From: Sphagnum compactum
Taxonomy: Eukaryota
Length of the DNA stretch: 64,000 nucleotides
Direction: 5' to 3'
NCBI GenBank assembly: GCA_965153455.1
Contig: OZ234493.1
Span: 20,822,213-20,886,212 of the forward strand
Shown piece by piece: positions 12,401 through 25,600 of the stretch. Both the position numbers and the translations under genes were made by a program. Under the pieces are notes generated by a model. It searched no databases and was not told the origin of the DNA. It saw nothing but the letters and a program-made list of their open reading frames with translations. Each line of letters starts with the position of its first letter. Within the stretch, counting starts at the first letter, position 1.

Positions 12401-15400
12401 ACCTCCCCATATTATATCATGCGTGTCTTCATAGGAACAACATGCTAATGGCATTTTGTCAAAAGTCTCAATTAAGACCCTTTCCCAAAATTGGGACAAA
12501 CCACTAATTGAACATGTAATGCCACTATCTTGTAACCTTCACATAGATCTTTTTTAACTTTGTGTCAATATCTTTAATGAATCACCAATGACAATTTTAA
12601 TCGACATTCTACATGGTCAGAAGTCAATTTGGCACCTTTTGTAACAACCTTTCAAACCTTCTTAACTTCAAAAAATTGTTTGTTTTGAAAATTCAAACTA
12701 GTTAATAATGTCTTTCCAATATATATGATATCAATCTCATTCAATCAAAACATGTTTTGACTAGCAGTGGGTGATGGTTTTCATTTTTTTTAAAAATCAC
12801 TAGTTTTGGTTCTTTAAAATGAATATGAGAAAATGGACGGTTTTTTTTTAAATTTGAAAGATAATCAACCAAGATATCATTTTTTTAATTAAAAAAATTA
12901 GCGCACTCTCAGCTATTTAATAACATTGAAGTATCTATAATTGATATTCTAAATAAAATTTTCAAAAAAAGATTGTAATTAAAGAAAAATTGTAATTCAT
13001 GAAAATATAATGCTCATATATTTCAAAAATATATGTAATTTTTTTTGTTTTCAATTTTTGTTTCTTGTTCAAATTTCATGAACCTTTAAATTTATTTTAT
13101 TCATCTTCTAAATTCAACTTTCATTTTTAAATACCTCCACTAGGTTAGTAAAGACCTCCAACCAATACTAGAATCATTAGGCCAATCTCAGAATCATTAG
13201 GCCAATCTCTACTCACAAATATCAACATTTAAAAATTATCAAATTGAAGTCAGCATCTTTTTAAATTAGTAAATATTTCAACAAGTATTGAAAAGTATTA
13301 TGTCCATTTCAATTTGTGATCCCATAATGCCCATTATTTGACAAGTAAAAAAACTAACAATGGGAATCATAGATCATGTTTCCCCCACCATGGTAAAGGA
13401 CATTGTAAAGGACATTCCTTTACATCCATTTGATATCATATGAATTATATCAACAATTTTTTATTGACAAACTTTTGAGCTAGTTCACTTATGCTCATAG
13501 TTCAATTTGAACCAAAAACTTAGGAGTATTATATGCAAGTGCAAACTTCTAGTTTTATTGAGGTTAATGAAATTTGTTTTGTTTTGACTTGTTATACTAT
13601 TGAGAATTGATTGAAGAGTCACTCCACTACTTGCAAAGATACTTTATGAAGAAACACAATTTAGATAAGCTTTTCGTTGCACATTGGTATGACAATCTTC
13701 ATAAAGTTCAAGGAAGAAGAAGGCTTGTCAAGCTACTTTTGAGGGTATACATGAAGGTTTGACAATACCCAAATTGTTTCATACTTGTTTGTGTTGAAAT
13801 TGCAATTGGTCTTATGTAGAGAAAAAAAAGAGAGGAAAGGTTTATTGCTCCAAAATGATGACCACTTTGAACATGAAAAATAACCCCCCTACATCAATTC
13901 GAGTTCATTAGGGCTTGGCTAGAATTAGAAGTGCACAGATAAATTGGTCTTGTCATTTCCTTCTTCTTGTTAAGGAATATTGATTATCATTAGACAATGG
14001 GTTTTTATTCTTCGTTTCCTCCAATTTTGTGATGTAGCCAACTTGTTATGGCTTCAACTTGTGATGGATGATTCAACAACAACATCATAGGTATATGCTT
14101 GATAATCATAAGAAATGTAAGAAACAATCAAGGAATGATGTTGTGGTATGACATTATGGTGTGTCATGAGGAAGAGGAAGTGAGCAACAAGAGAGTTGCT
14201 GGACTGAGTGTTGGATCCGATGTGACAAATATATGACAACTTTTGACAAAGCCAGATTGAGCGAGAATGCCTCTTCCCCTCAACAATGGCATGACCCATT
14301 AAAGAATTCCTTGATCAGGTTGTATCAGAGTGATGAATTCAATACGAATGTGAAATTCAATTTAGCATATGAATAAATTTATAATTTGATGCTTGCAGGT
14401 TTGCAAATTGTGAGTTATGAGCTGCACACTTGGTGACCTGTGTCGCATGAGCTTCAATTTTCATGGGAAGATTTTATGACTATGACTAAGTATATGGCTA
14501 AATGATAATTCATCAAGGCATGCAATTATAAGCCTTCTAGTCTCAGTGCATTCCTCTTGACATTCAGCATCCCAGGCCATGCTTAAAATTGTCCAAGATA
14601 TTGAAAACAAAAGTTTGAAACCTGCAAGTTATGTGGAAAACACCGATAACATAAATTTGCAATTCTGGAAATTTCTGGTCTATCATCCTTTAACATTTTT
14701 TGCATTTTTTGGCAGTTTGGAATTGCAGCCAGATTTTGAAATGCCCCTGTGACAAAACTATGGGTTGGTGAGATTAGCTTATATATGATCTCCACTCAGA
14801 TTCACTTCTCTGTACTTAGTGAGCATTACAAAACTCAATTCCATAATGTGAAAGTTAACAGAGTTCTTTCAAATGAATTCTTGGTGTATTTCACTCCCAC
14901 ACCGACTACAAAATCTCAATTACACAACTGTGATATCGGCCAAAATAGGTTTACCACTAACAGCTCTCACAATGGCAAGATAATGTACTAAGGTAATGGC
15001 CATTGGGAGGACCCGGCTGATCTGTGAGTGACTGGGAGCTGGGTCTGACCAATGGTCATTATCTGACATAATTGGCACAACTCGGGAGATTCTACCATAT
15101 TGTTAAGAAACTTTGCTGATTATTTGGTAGACCTCACAATGTTCCATATGCCAGTTGCATGCATTTGAAAGAGCAGTTGACCCTAAAAGTCAAGGGTAAA
15201 GGGCAGAATCTCTCCTGAATGACAATTACAAACCTATGTGAGGACAATTTCCAAGCAGTGTCACAACTTCAATCAACAAGATGAGGGATGTTGAAAACAC
15301 CTCTAAGTGTCCAACATTGACCTTGAAGGTATCAACTAACAATGTGAGCCATGTTCATGAAACACAGTGAAGATCTTGGGTTGCCTGATCTTGGGTCCTC

Positions 15401-15602
15401 AACACTCCCCCCCACGAGAAGGTCATGACCACTATAGCACTTTTTTTCTACCTTGATCAAGTCCAGGACTCCTTGGTGCTGCTGATACCAGTAAGAGTGT
15501 TCCTTGTGTTCATTCCCAGTCATCAAGCTTGTTTTTTGATGGAGCCAAAAACAAAAAGGAGAAGAAATGTGGGTCATCAAGACAAGGTGACGACAATCAT
15601 AA

Positions 15603-17767
15603 CTACAGGGTGCTGTTCAGATAGACGAATGTTCCGATCAGGCCAACAATGCCAAATGCAATCGCCACAGGAAGCCCTGAACTGCAAAATCACAAAATCA
15701 ATCAATTTACGTCAGGTTAAACTAAAATAATAAAGTTCCTCTTTGAGAGCCTTAGCTTGAAATGATCTTCCACCTCAGCTCTTAGGTTTGATTACCTCAC
15801 CCCCCTATGGCTTCATTGAAACAAACTGCTGTCTTTCAAAGATCTTGGGGAATAGGACAGGCTCAGTAAAGCTCAACCTCTACTCCATGATGTTGTGCTT
15901 ACAACAACATTAAAAGTTGCAGGGATTTGCGGTACATGTTAGAGAATTGCAGGCAAAAAAATGTGCTCAAAAGGAAGGGCGACACATGTGGAAAAGACTG
16001 CATAGACTGAGTCACAACATATCACTGGCAACTGATATGGTACTATTTCTCTATCCCAAGCTTTTGATTGTGATGAGTGTTTAGAAATCTTGGATTGAAC
16101 ATAGCAGAGCTCTGGTGAACTCCAAAGAAGAAGGAAGACATATAAAGGGAACAAACCCGAGTGCTGAATCAGATTTCTTGAGCTCCTCTTTGCGAGCCTT
16201 CCGAACACGTACATCATTAGCATTCTTGGCCACAGGCAGTTCATATGGTTTGAACCTCCTTTTTGGTGCTGCACATACTGCACACACACAACCCCAAAAC
16301 AAAGATGTTCAGTTGAGTAGCAAAGCAAACTAGTGACTTGGATCAAAAGATGCAGCTCAATTCACAAAGTCAAAAAATCAGACTCTCAAGTGTCTCAGTG
16401 TTTGAAAGCTATTCACCAGCAAATCTTTTCAAGGCAATTATCTATTGATAAAGAACAAGACAGCTGCTGATTACTGGTTCTGTGTATGGCAGTCCTTATG
16501 GGCATAGTCTCGGCAATTGATTAGATTAGACAGTGAAAAAAGTATTCAGGAGAGAGACCAACCAACTGACCTGGGCAAGAGTAATCATTTGGAAGACTCT
16601 CAAAGGGCTTGCGATCAGTATATATGTATCTGTCATGAACCAACATAATTTGCAAAGTAAGTACTAGCAGAAAACAGCATTCCAGGGACGATTCCATGAA
16701 AACCAATATCCGAAAACATCCATCTATCTCCTTAGGACCTAAAACAAGAGCGTCACTGATTATGGAACCCTCCAAGGAAATCAGGATTCTAATAGCATGG
16801 GATGTGACTTCAAGGTTACTAATGAACAAATGCAGAATGTGCATAGATAGATACAAAACATACCACTGATGCAAAATCCTTTCCATTGCATCCTGTTCTT
16901 TGTGTTCCCTATTATCTTTCAATTGGGTCCAAGACTGACATTCATCAAACTCATTGCAGAGTGCATTTTGGAGGGCGTCACCAGGTTTTTGTCTCTTCCC
17001 ACAAGAAGACAATGGTGTGATCCGCCATGCTCTGTCTCTGTCTCTGTGTCTCTCTCAATGTGGTTTCACAACATCTCAATCCATGGGTTTGTGACATGTG
17101 CCAAGGAGGTCTCTCACTCTTCAAAATGCCAATTCCAGATCCACAGTGTCACTCTCAATCTTTTTGTCTCTGAACTGGTGATTACATGATTTGGGGCGGG
17201 GGGGTGGTGTGTGTGCAGAGAACTTCAGAGTAATTGATGGTAGAATTGAGATATTGTAGTGAAAGCACATTGAGGGGAAAACCTTCAAGATGAAATACCT
17301 TGGATGATAGTGGACTTGGTTCCTTAGGAAATTTTCTTCACTAAGAAACTGGGGAGAATTCTGAGCATTTTGTAAGGCAATGGGTACCTATAGCCTGAAG
17401 AATGTCGGATAGAGAGACACAGAGACATAGAGAGAGGGGGTAAATGCAGACCTGATGCTTACCCACAGTCTCTGCAAATGTAAGCGCCCTTGGTTGTTGC
17501 CACCCTCATTGTAACTCTAGAGCGTACAGCAGCGATAGAAGCATCAACTCCCTGCGACCCAATCAGCAGGCCGGATGATCCTCCTCCTCCGCCATTATGG
17601 AATGCACTCTTGAGCGCCATACGGTCGCTGGGAAGACTCAAACCTTCACTCTTGAAAATCCTACCGCTCTGGACTCCACGCGGCTGCTGCTGCTGTTGTT
17701 GTTGCTGTGTGTGAAGCCCTGCTGCTGCTGCTACTGCTTTCACTGACACCAAAGACAAAGCCGCCAT
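15603..17767 (-). CDS. Rubredoxin-like protein, 187 aa, with N-terminal transit-peptide-like region and C-terminal hydrophobic helix
   Basis: Four GT-AG exons with matching phases (17767-17463, 16629-16571, 16277-16157, 15681-15603; 564 nt). They give YICRDCGYIY...YSCPVCAAPKRRF (two CxxC rubredoxin knuckles) and the tail LPVAIAFGIVGLIGTFVYLNSTL*. Confidence 0.92.
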
Positions 17768-18167
17768 ATCTGAAATTTCTGCTGCACAAGAAGAAGAAAA
17801 ACACAGTCCTCCAAATCTTCAATAAACCCAGACCCAAATCTTCCGTTCTAAGCTACGATGAGATTGAATTCCTTGTTGCTGCGATTGTTGATGGGAAGCA
17901 CTTCCTCCGCAGCGGATCCAGAGAGAATCTAAAGAGCACTTCCGCAGAGGAGATAATGAACGATGGGTCGAGCACTTCAGGAATGCAACAACACTAATGT
18001 ATACGCTTGTCGAGTACAAACACACATCTATACGTACACGTATATGATACATGTATGTATATTATATGTATATGAGGTATGTCTTTGTAGTTGTATGTAT
18101 TTGAGATATGTATGTATGTGTGTGTGTGTATGTGTGTGTTGGCCTTGCCTTGGTAGGCAAGGATGAT

Positions 18168-19710
18168 GTGTTTAGATTCATTGTAGAGTAGAGTAGCTTA
18201 AGGAATTTCAGCCCCGAGGTAGTAGGTCTATTTTATATGAGCATTTTTGAAAGATGATATTTGGGCATGTGTTGTTGAAACTTGAGATTAGTTATAGAGT
18301 TATGATATCTTAAAGGATTTTGATTTCTTTTAGGGGATTTTTTTGAAAGATTATGTTGTTGAATTTTCATAATTCTTCTTGTGGTCAAAAGATCTCGCTT
18401 TGAGGTGTTCTTTATACCAAGATGTTTTGTAATGTAAACGATATGATCATAATGTGACATATCGTACCACTTGTTTTGAAACTATCTTTGATGAAAACTT
18501 TTCAAATTAAATTTTGGTAGTGTAATGGCCAAGGAGTGGGGTGTGGGTGTTTCCGAATTTAAGCACCCTTTCGCGCTTTGCTCCTTAGCTTGGAAACACC
18601 TTGCTCCTCAGCCAAAATAAGCGCCCCTTGGCTCCACTCCTTTATCTATCTTTGGAAACACCTCACTCCTCGGCCAAAATAAGCGCCCCTGACTTCGCTC
18701 CTTTTATCTCAAGAACACCTCACTTGTTATCTAGCAGAGGAGATAAGAGGAAATAAGAGGGGAAATGAAAAGATAACATGGTGAAATTGGGCCCAATTAA
18801 GAAGGTCTAAAGTCTAAAGCCCTAGATTTGTTACTAAAGGCTGATGATAAAATACAATGAGACAGAGATTAGAAAATGGCCAGTTAGGGCCTAATTTTCT
18901 GATCTCTGTCTCATTGTTGTCAAAAATTGTAAGCAAAGCCCTAGTAAAATTTCCTTACTTTGTGGATACCACTAAAAGAGGGGTTAGGGGGTGAAAGGAG
19001 GCCCAAAGACAGGGTGACTTTACAGAACTCTAATGTTGACCAAAATTAATTTTGCAAAAATGTGTTCTTAGGGGGTTTAAACTCCAATTTCAAAATACAT
19101 TTTTGATAAACTAAAATTAACAAATTGCCAATTGTTTGGTCCTACTGCTCAAAACCTTCTAAGAACCGGAATTCAATATTGACAAATCATGGCTTTGGTA
19201 AACAAGGAAGCAATTTGAAGTAATTATTACATTCACACAAATGGAAGGTAAACACTAATCACAGACTCCAAATGAGACTTGGCATGCTCGATATTATTTG
19301 GTGTGTTCAAGAAGAATAATGGCATCTGGAATTTGAATTTTGACTTTGATGATTACCAAGAAAATAAGGGCATTTCAAATTCGAATTTTGACTTTGATGA
19401 TTCACAAGAAAGACACCAAATCTAACAAGGGGTGTGTCACACTATGGCCTTGTTGATTACATTAAAAAGGATCGTAAGCCAAAAGAAGAATTATAGAAAT
19501 TCAAATATTTCAAATACATTCAAAAATGTAATCTTCAAAAAATCTCTAAAAGAAACCAAAATCCTTCAAGATATTATAACTCTATAACTAATCTCAAGTT
19601 TCAACACAAGCCAAAATATCAGTCTTCCAAAAATCCTCATATAAAGATAAACCCATTACCTAGGGTCCAAAATCCCTTAAACTACTATACTCTATAATGA
19701 ATCTAAACGA
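18168..19710. mobile_element. Possible non-autonomous TIR element bounded by ~230-bp diverged inverted repeats
   Basis: 18168-18395 is the reverse complement of 19470-19710. No TSD was identified. Confidence 0.4.
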
Positions 19711-20134
19711 TAAAGACATTGACCTATGTCTTCCATTGCACAACATGTTTGCTTTAGCTTGATTCAAAGTTCAATTCCAACAATTGTCAAGAATACATCA
19801 TTCAAAAATGCATGTTTGTAAAAACTTACATTGCATTTCATCACTGTTTTTTCAACAATGAATTCTCCACCAAGTCCATCTCCATGACACTTCCTTCAAT
19901 CTATTTCAATGTTTCCAATATTCATCACTACCCATTATCAAAAATTAAAAACAAACACAAATTTAGAGCTAGTTGTTTGATGCCTACTAAAATAAACAAT
20001 CATAAAGTGCTTGGTCTTGCAACCTGAACTTATAACTTGATGAGGTTATATTACTACTTATGTAATTATTTGATGTTTATTTGGTGATTTATTTGTTAGT
20101 AGGATTTCATAGTTTAATTATGATTTGGTCATAG

Positions 20135-20910
20135 TGCTTGATTTTCACATGCAAATTTATGTGAAAATCATGTGATAAGTTTTTTCATTAAAGTGCATTG
20201 GTTTTCACATGATAATTTATGTAAAAGTCATGTGAAAAACTTTTGACACATTAAGATGCATTGATTTTTACATGATAATTTATGTGAAAGTGATGTGAAA
20301 GGTTTTTTAACACATTAAGGTGCATTGATTTTTACATGATAATTTATATGAAAATCATGTGAAAAGTTTTTAACACATTAAGGTGCATCGATTCATACAT
20401 GATAATTTATGTAAAAATCATGTGAGATGTTTTTAGCACACTAAAGTATATAGATTCATACATGATAATTTATGTGGAAGTCATATGAATTTTTTTTTAG
20501 CACATTAAGGTGCATTGATTCATACATGATAATTTATATGAAAATCATGTGAAAGGTTTTTGGCACATTAAGGTGCATTGACTCACACATGATAATTTAT
20601 ATGAAAATTATGTGAAATTTTTTTTGCACATTAAGGTACATTGATTCACATATTAATTTATGTGAAAATCATATAAATTTTTTTTGACACATTAAGGTGC
20701 ATTGATTCACACATGATAATTTATGTGAAAATCATGTGAAATTTTTTTTGCACATTAAAGTGCATTGATTCACACATTAATTTATGTGAAAATCATATGA
20801 AAAATCTTTGACACATTAAGATGCATTGACACACACATGATAATTTATGCGAAAATCATATGAATTTTTTTTGACACATTAAGATGCATTGATTCACACA
20901 ATAATTTATG
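20135..20910. repeat. Minisatellite, ~58-62-bp unit (CACATTAAGGTGCATTGATTCACACATGATAATTTATGTGAAAATCATGTGAA...), about 13 copies
   Basis: Direct tandem periodicity of roughly one unit per 60-base line. Confidence 0.9.
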
Positions 20911-21778
20911 TTAAATTTTTTTATCATTTTATTATACATGTGAAATCACATGAACAACCATGTGATGTGCAAACATTAAAAAATTTCTTGTTTAATGTTT
21001 TTTGAATAATATATAAATAAATGTTAGTTACCTTTGGAAACATCTTCACTTGATTAAAAATAAATTCTTATATGAATATAAAGTTTTATGAAATATAATT
21101 ATAAAAAATTTAAAAAGTTTTGATATAATTTATGTAAAGTTTATAATAAGAGAATGATGTGACATATTAATTATACATAGACAATAAAAAAATATTTATA
21201 CAAACAAAAACATAAATTTTCATAATTATATAATAAACATATATAATTTCAATCTTAAACCCACATGTGACTTACAAGCCCACCAAAAACTAAAACTTGT
21301 CAAGAACCCATCAAATGAATAAATGACATGAACAGGGCAATAAAAGAAAATTATTTCCAATTTATTCAGTGTAGTGTAATGTTCAAGGAGTGAGGCATTC
21401 CCAAAACAAACATCCACCCAAGATGGAGCTGAGGTGCGCTGATTTCAAGAATGCCTCATTCTCCAAGTGCATTATCTGGAGTATTTGTAATAGAGTTTTG
21501 TATTTGGAGTTCAGTATGAGGAATCTGAAGAGGGAGAGGAGGGGATTTAGAAAAGGGTTTGGGGTCTTGAGGTTTGGATTCAAGTAATAGAGTTTGAAAC
21601 TGTTGGGAAGCTTTGGAACTTGGAAAGAGAGCTTGAAAGATCGAACAAAATAGCTGAGTCCTCTTGTGGGAGACCCTAAACCCCAAACCGTAAAAATGTA
21701 GGTCGTTTTGGTGTTTGTTGTTGTTTGTTGGTGCAGAAACAGAAGAAGAGGAGGAATAGAATTTCGGGAAGTTTGAGA

Positions 21779-23293
21779 ATGGAATTTTCTGAAGAAGAAG
21801 AAGGACCATTCTCGGCAGGGGCATACTACAGCCGGGATTTTGAGTGGGAAGCTTTGCGACAGGAGGTGGAGAGTTCACCTGGGTTTCTGTCTCTTGATAG
21901 GAACCAGAAACCAGCTTCTGTTTCTGGGTCATTGGATCTCAAAGGTCAGAAAGATTTTCAAACCCAGCAAGTCCAGATTGCAGAGCTTGATACCCTAGAA
22001 TTGGGCAAGAGAAGTTTGGAACTTGGGAAAGGAATAGGAGTTCCTCCAAGGCCAAGAAGTTCGCGTTTGATGTCAGTTTCAAAGCTTACGTCCAATGGTG
22101 CAAGTGCAACAGCAGGTTCAAGTTCCAGTTCACAATGTAGCAGCTCCAGTGACTTGAGCTCAGAGTCTAGAGCATGGCAGGCTTTTCACACTCGCCATTC
22201 CAAAAAGTTGTTTTTCAAGGAGCGTCGGTACTTGGTGAAGGAATTTCCAGAGCTTCTGCAGGGAGCAAGCTGTATCCTTGAAATTGGGTGTGGCACTGGG
22301 AGCTCAGTGGTGTCGATTCTCAGAGCAAATCCCCGTGTTACAATGTTTGCCTGTGATTGCAGTGAAGCTGCTTTGACAAAAGCTTCTGAAATTGTCAGCA
22401 GCTTGAGTGCAGAAAGTCGCGCACAATTCTATCCCTTCCTTTGTGATGTCGCGCACGAAAGTTTTCCCTTCTGGCTCCTTTGTTCTTCTTGCAAGACAAC
22501 AGGTTTTCAATCAGATGATATAAGAGCTTCTAAAGCCAGAGTTGGAAGAGAAGGCGGCGAAGTTGGAATTTCTTTAGAACTTGGTATGGAAAAGAGCTCT
22601 CCACAGCTTGATTTCTGCAGTGGAATTGGGATGGAAGCAAGGGAAGAATTAGGGTTTTTTCCCTCTGAACTTTGTAGGGAGCTCAGCTCTTTTGGGGGTA
22701 GCTTTAAGAGCAGATTAGATCCAAAAACTCTGGAAAACCCCACAATCTGCGTTGAAGACACCCAACACTCTAAGCAGGGTGCTTTAGAGTGTGGTATTAG
22801 AGGTGAAATGGCCAGCAGCAACAACAACAACAATGGTCTTCTTCCAAGTTTTTCAGCTCCCAGATGTGAGGAAAAACCACCCTTGATTACACATTGCTGT
22901 GTGGGTGGTGTGGACATTGTTATGTTAATTTTCACTCTCTCAGCAATTCCTGTGGCAAGCATGCCTCACGTATTGGCCAAAGTCCTAGCTGTTCTGAAAC
23001 CTGGTGGTTACCTGCTGTTTCGGGATTATGGTCTGTATGACATGACAATGCTGCGGTTTGCTCCATTTCAGCGGATATCACATGAAGCAGGTGTACCTCT
23101 GTATCAGCGTGATGATGGGACTCTCTGCTACTATTTCTCTGTCAAGACTCTACGGGAGCTTTTGACCACAACAGGATTTGTAGAAGAAGAGTTAGAGTAT
23201 TGTTGTGTGAAGTTGATTAATAGGCGCAAACAAATGCCCATGAAACGAGTCTGGGTTCATGCCAAATTCCGGAAGCCTTTTGCCACAATTTAG
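21779..23293 (+). CDS. METTL6: SAM-dependent methyltransferase, METTL6/METTL2/Trm140 (tRNA m3C) family, single exon, 504 aa
   Basis: First ATG at 21779. Family motifs WQAFHTRH..FFKERRYLVKEFPEL, ILEIGCGTG (motif I), ACDCS, LIFTLSAI, LKPGGYLLFRDYGLYD and RVWVHAKF. Confidence 0.85.
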   Translation: MEFSEEEEGPFSAGAYYSRDFEWEALRQEVESSPGFLSLDRNQKPASVSGSLDLKGQKDFQTQQVQIAELDTLELGKRSLELGKGIGVPPRPRSSRLMSVSKLTSNGASATAGSSSSSQCSSSSDLSSESRAWQAFHTRHSKKLFFKERRYLVKEFPELLQGASCILEIGCGTGSSVVSILRANPRVTMFACDCSEAALTKASEIVSSLSAESRAQFYPFLCDVAHESFPFWLLCSSCKTTGFQSDDIRASKARVGREGGEVGISLELGMEKSSPQLDFCSGIGMEAREELGFFPSELCRELSSFGGSFKSRLDPKTLENPTICVEDTQHSKQGALECGIRGEMASSNNNNNGLLPSFSAPRCEEKPPLITHCCVGGVDIVMLIFTLSAIPVASMPHVLAKVLAVLKPGGYLLFRDYGLYDMTMLRFAPFQRISHEAGVPLYQRDDGTLCYYFSVKTLRELLTTTGFVEEELEYCCVKLINRRKQMPMKRVWVHAKFRKPFATI

Positions 23294-24316
23294 TTAGTGA
23301 TAAATGAATGTAGATCTCAGGCATCATTCCAATCTGCCTGTGTGTACTGTCAATATGGGTGGCTAATCTTTAACTGACAAAGGGACTATGCAACATTAAT
23401 TTCAAGACATCTTTCAGGGTTTAAAGATTGGGTTGCAGGTACGCAATGTCAATTTCAAAACATCTTTTAGGGTTTAAGGATCTGGTTGCAGGTTCTATTT
23501 GTCAGCATAGCATGCAGTTTGTCGTCATCCAGTATCCTTGATAGCCATTCTCATGTAAAGATTTGGTTTGTATACCTATGCACATCTGGTTGAAACTTTC
23601 AGTTTTTTTTTTTGCAGATGAATTTCAAGAGCACAAGCTGGTGAAAATGATACAAGAAACTGCGAGACGAAATTGTAGGACTCAAGAACAGACTGATCAA
23701 AATCTCATTTGCAATCATTGCAAAGGCTGAGTGAATGAGGGAAACCGAAATATAAATTCTTTGACATGTAACCCATTGTGGTGGCCTATGTATTGAGAAG
23801 ACAAAAAGGTTCAGCAGTAAGGAACTGAGCAAATAGTTCTGAAGAACCACTGTGGGTCTGAAGAATCAATCATATAGTTCACAATGACAACAAGAAAGTG
23901 GTTTTTGTCATCTCTTCTTGCACAATTTTGTACTGTGTTTGGGAGAGGGTGCTTTCAGACATGCTTGCAGCTTGGTCATGGACAATCAGGAGGGTGCTCG
24001 CAGACATGCTTGCAGCTTGCTCACCGACAATCAGGTTCATTGCCCCAGGGAAAGGGCGAGCTCTGCTGTATTTATAGATCATGCATGTAATTCTTTTGTT
24101 CCTAGCTAGGTGCCATCTTCTGCAATTGCAGCAAGAATTCAAGCTGCACCTGAAGTTTGTTGATAGCCTAGCCAGTCAGGTTGATGATCTTGCAGGATTT
24201 ATGTTGCATGGATCTGGCCCAATGTTGAAGCACATTGCTAGGGAGAAGAAGAATACAAACAAGGACTCAGTTTTGAGATCAAGCTCCAGTCATGGGCCAT
24301 GGATTTGAACTCTGAT

Positions 24317-24919
24317 CTACTTTTGAATTCTTTTGATTCCTGGCAGATCCACATTGCTGTACAAAGCATAGTTGCGCCATTTGTTGGGTTTCACAGTTGC
24401 GTACTCTAACACAAACTTGGTCTTCATCAATTTGAACTCCTTGAAAGTATTCAACAGATTCCGCTCTTCCCGGACCAGAAAGCCAATCAACAACCATGTC
24501 TTGGTATCACCCTTGCAAACCTCCAGCACAGCACGATGAAGCTCTTCCATGGGTATGTAGAAAAACGGTGGATCGAACACAACCACTCTGAAATTTGTCT
24601 TGCAGCTATGATCTGCAAGTGGCTCTGGGTGCCGAATATCCCAGTACTGAAACCCAGGCAAGTAGGAGAAGCGTCTATCAATATCTAGCAAGCTGACAAC
24701 TTGTTCTGGGTCCTGAAGAAAGTATGCTTGCGCCAGTGATGGAGTTGCAAGACAACATATGTTTGGATTGAAACACAAGGCACGGCATAGACCGCACACT
24801 GTGTTCCTGGTCCAACAGTACTGTTCTAAATCATGACGCTCCACAAAATCATCATTGAACATGTGACGGACATGGTAAGGCCGATGTGTAGTACCTGTTG
24901 TCACTAGTTTGATTGCCAT
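24317..24919 (-). CDS. Putative methyltransferase with DPPF motif (N6-adenine-MTase-like fold, EEF1AKMT1/N6AMT2-related), single coding exon, 200 aa
   Basis: Open frame from ATG 24919. Motifs ERHDLEQYCWT, ICCLATPSL, LLDIDRRF, VVVFDPPFF and YALYSN follow the order expected for the family. Confidence 0.75.
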   Translation of the reverse strand: MAIKLVTTGTTHRPYHVRHMFNDDFVERHDLEQYCWTRNTVCGLCRALCFNPNICCLATPSLAQAYFLQDPEQVVSLLDIDRRFSYLPGFQYWDIRHPEPLADHSCKTNFRVVVFDPPFFYIPMEELHRAVLEVCKGDTKTWLLIGFLVREERNLLNTFKEFKLMKTKFVLEYATVKPNKWRNYALYSNVDLPGIKRIQK

Positions 24920-24957
24920 TGTTTCTACAACCTGCTTCACTTAGACAATGTCTATTG

Positions 24958-25600
24958 CTAGTTCCTTGGGTGACTGACAACCTTGAATGAACTGGAGAAA
25001 AGTAGTTTTGCTCACAGAAGTTAATGCCTGAAGGATCGCAGATAGATCTGTTGCTCTTAAACAAAGAAAAGGATTCAGCTAAGGACCCGAATCAAGATGA
25101 CAGTCAAGTTCTGAGTTCCTTGGGTGACTAAAAAGCTTGAATGAGCTGGGAGAAAAGTTTTGCACAGAGAGTTGATGCTTGAAGGATCACAGATATATCA
25201 GTTGCTCTTGAACAAACAAAGGATTCAGCAAAAGACCAGAAGAAAGATCACAGTTGAGTTCCAAGTTCTTCGCCACTAAAACAAAGGATTCAGCTAAAAA
25301 CTGCAAGCAAGATTGTCACAGTCGAGTTCCAAGTTCCTGACTACTCAAAAGCTTAAGTTTACAAATCAGTTGTAATCAGATTTGTAAGCTGGGAGAAAAC
25401 TTAGACTTCAGATTACAAATCTATTTTATTGCTCCTAACAAACAAACAAATGATTCTATGAAACCGGAAGCGGATGGATGCCGGTTGAATTCCAAGTTCC
25501 TTGGCTACTAGAAAGCTTGAATGAGGTTTTTAGGAAATTGTTGTTGTTGAACAGAGATAGACTGCCGAAGGATCACACTAGAGATCTCTTAAAACAAACA
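24958..25600. repeat. Degenerate ~155-bp tandem duplications upstream of the DPPF methyltransferase (probable 5' UTR intron)
   Basis: GTTCCTTGGGTGACT...CTTGAATGA...GAAGGATC...GGATTCAGC at about 24961 and 25115, with decayed copies at about 25330 and 25495. Confidence 0.6.

Noticed and set aside
21725-21778. N-terminal 18 aa of the 522-aa ORF
   Set aside because: Starts at TTG; the first ATG at 21779 is the plausible eukaryotic start.
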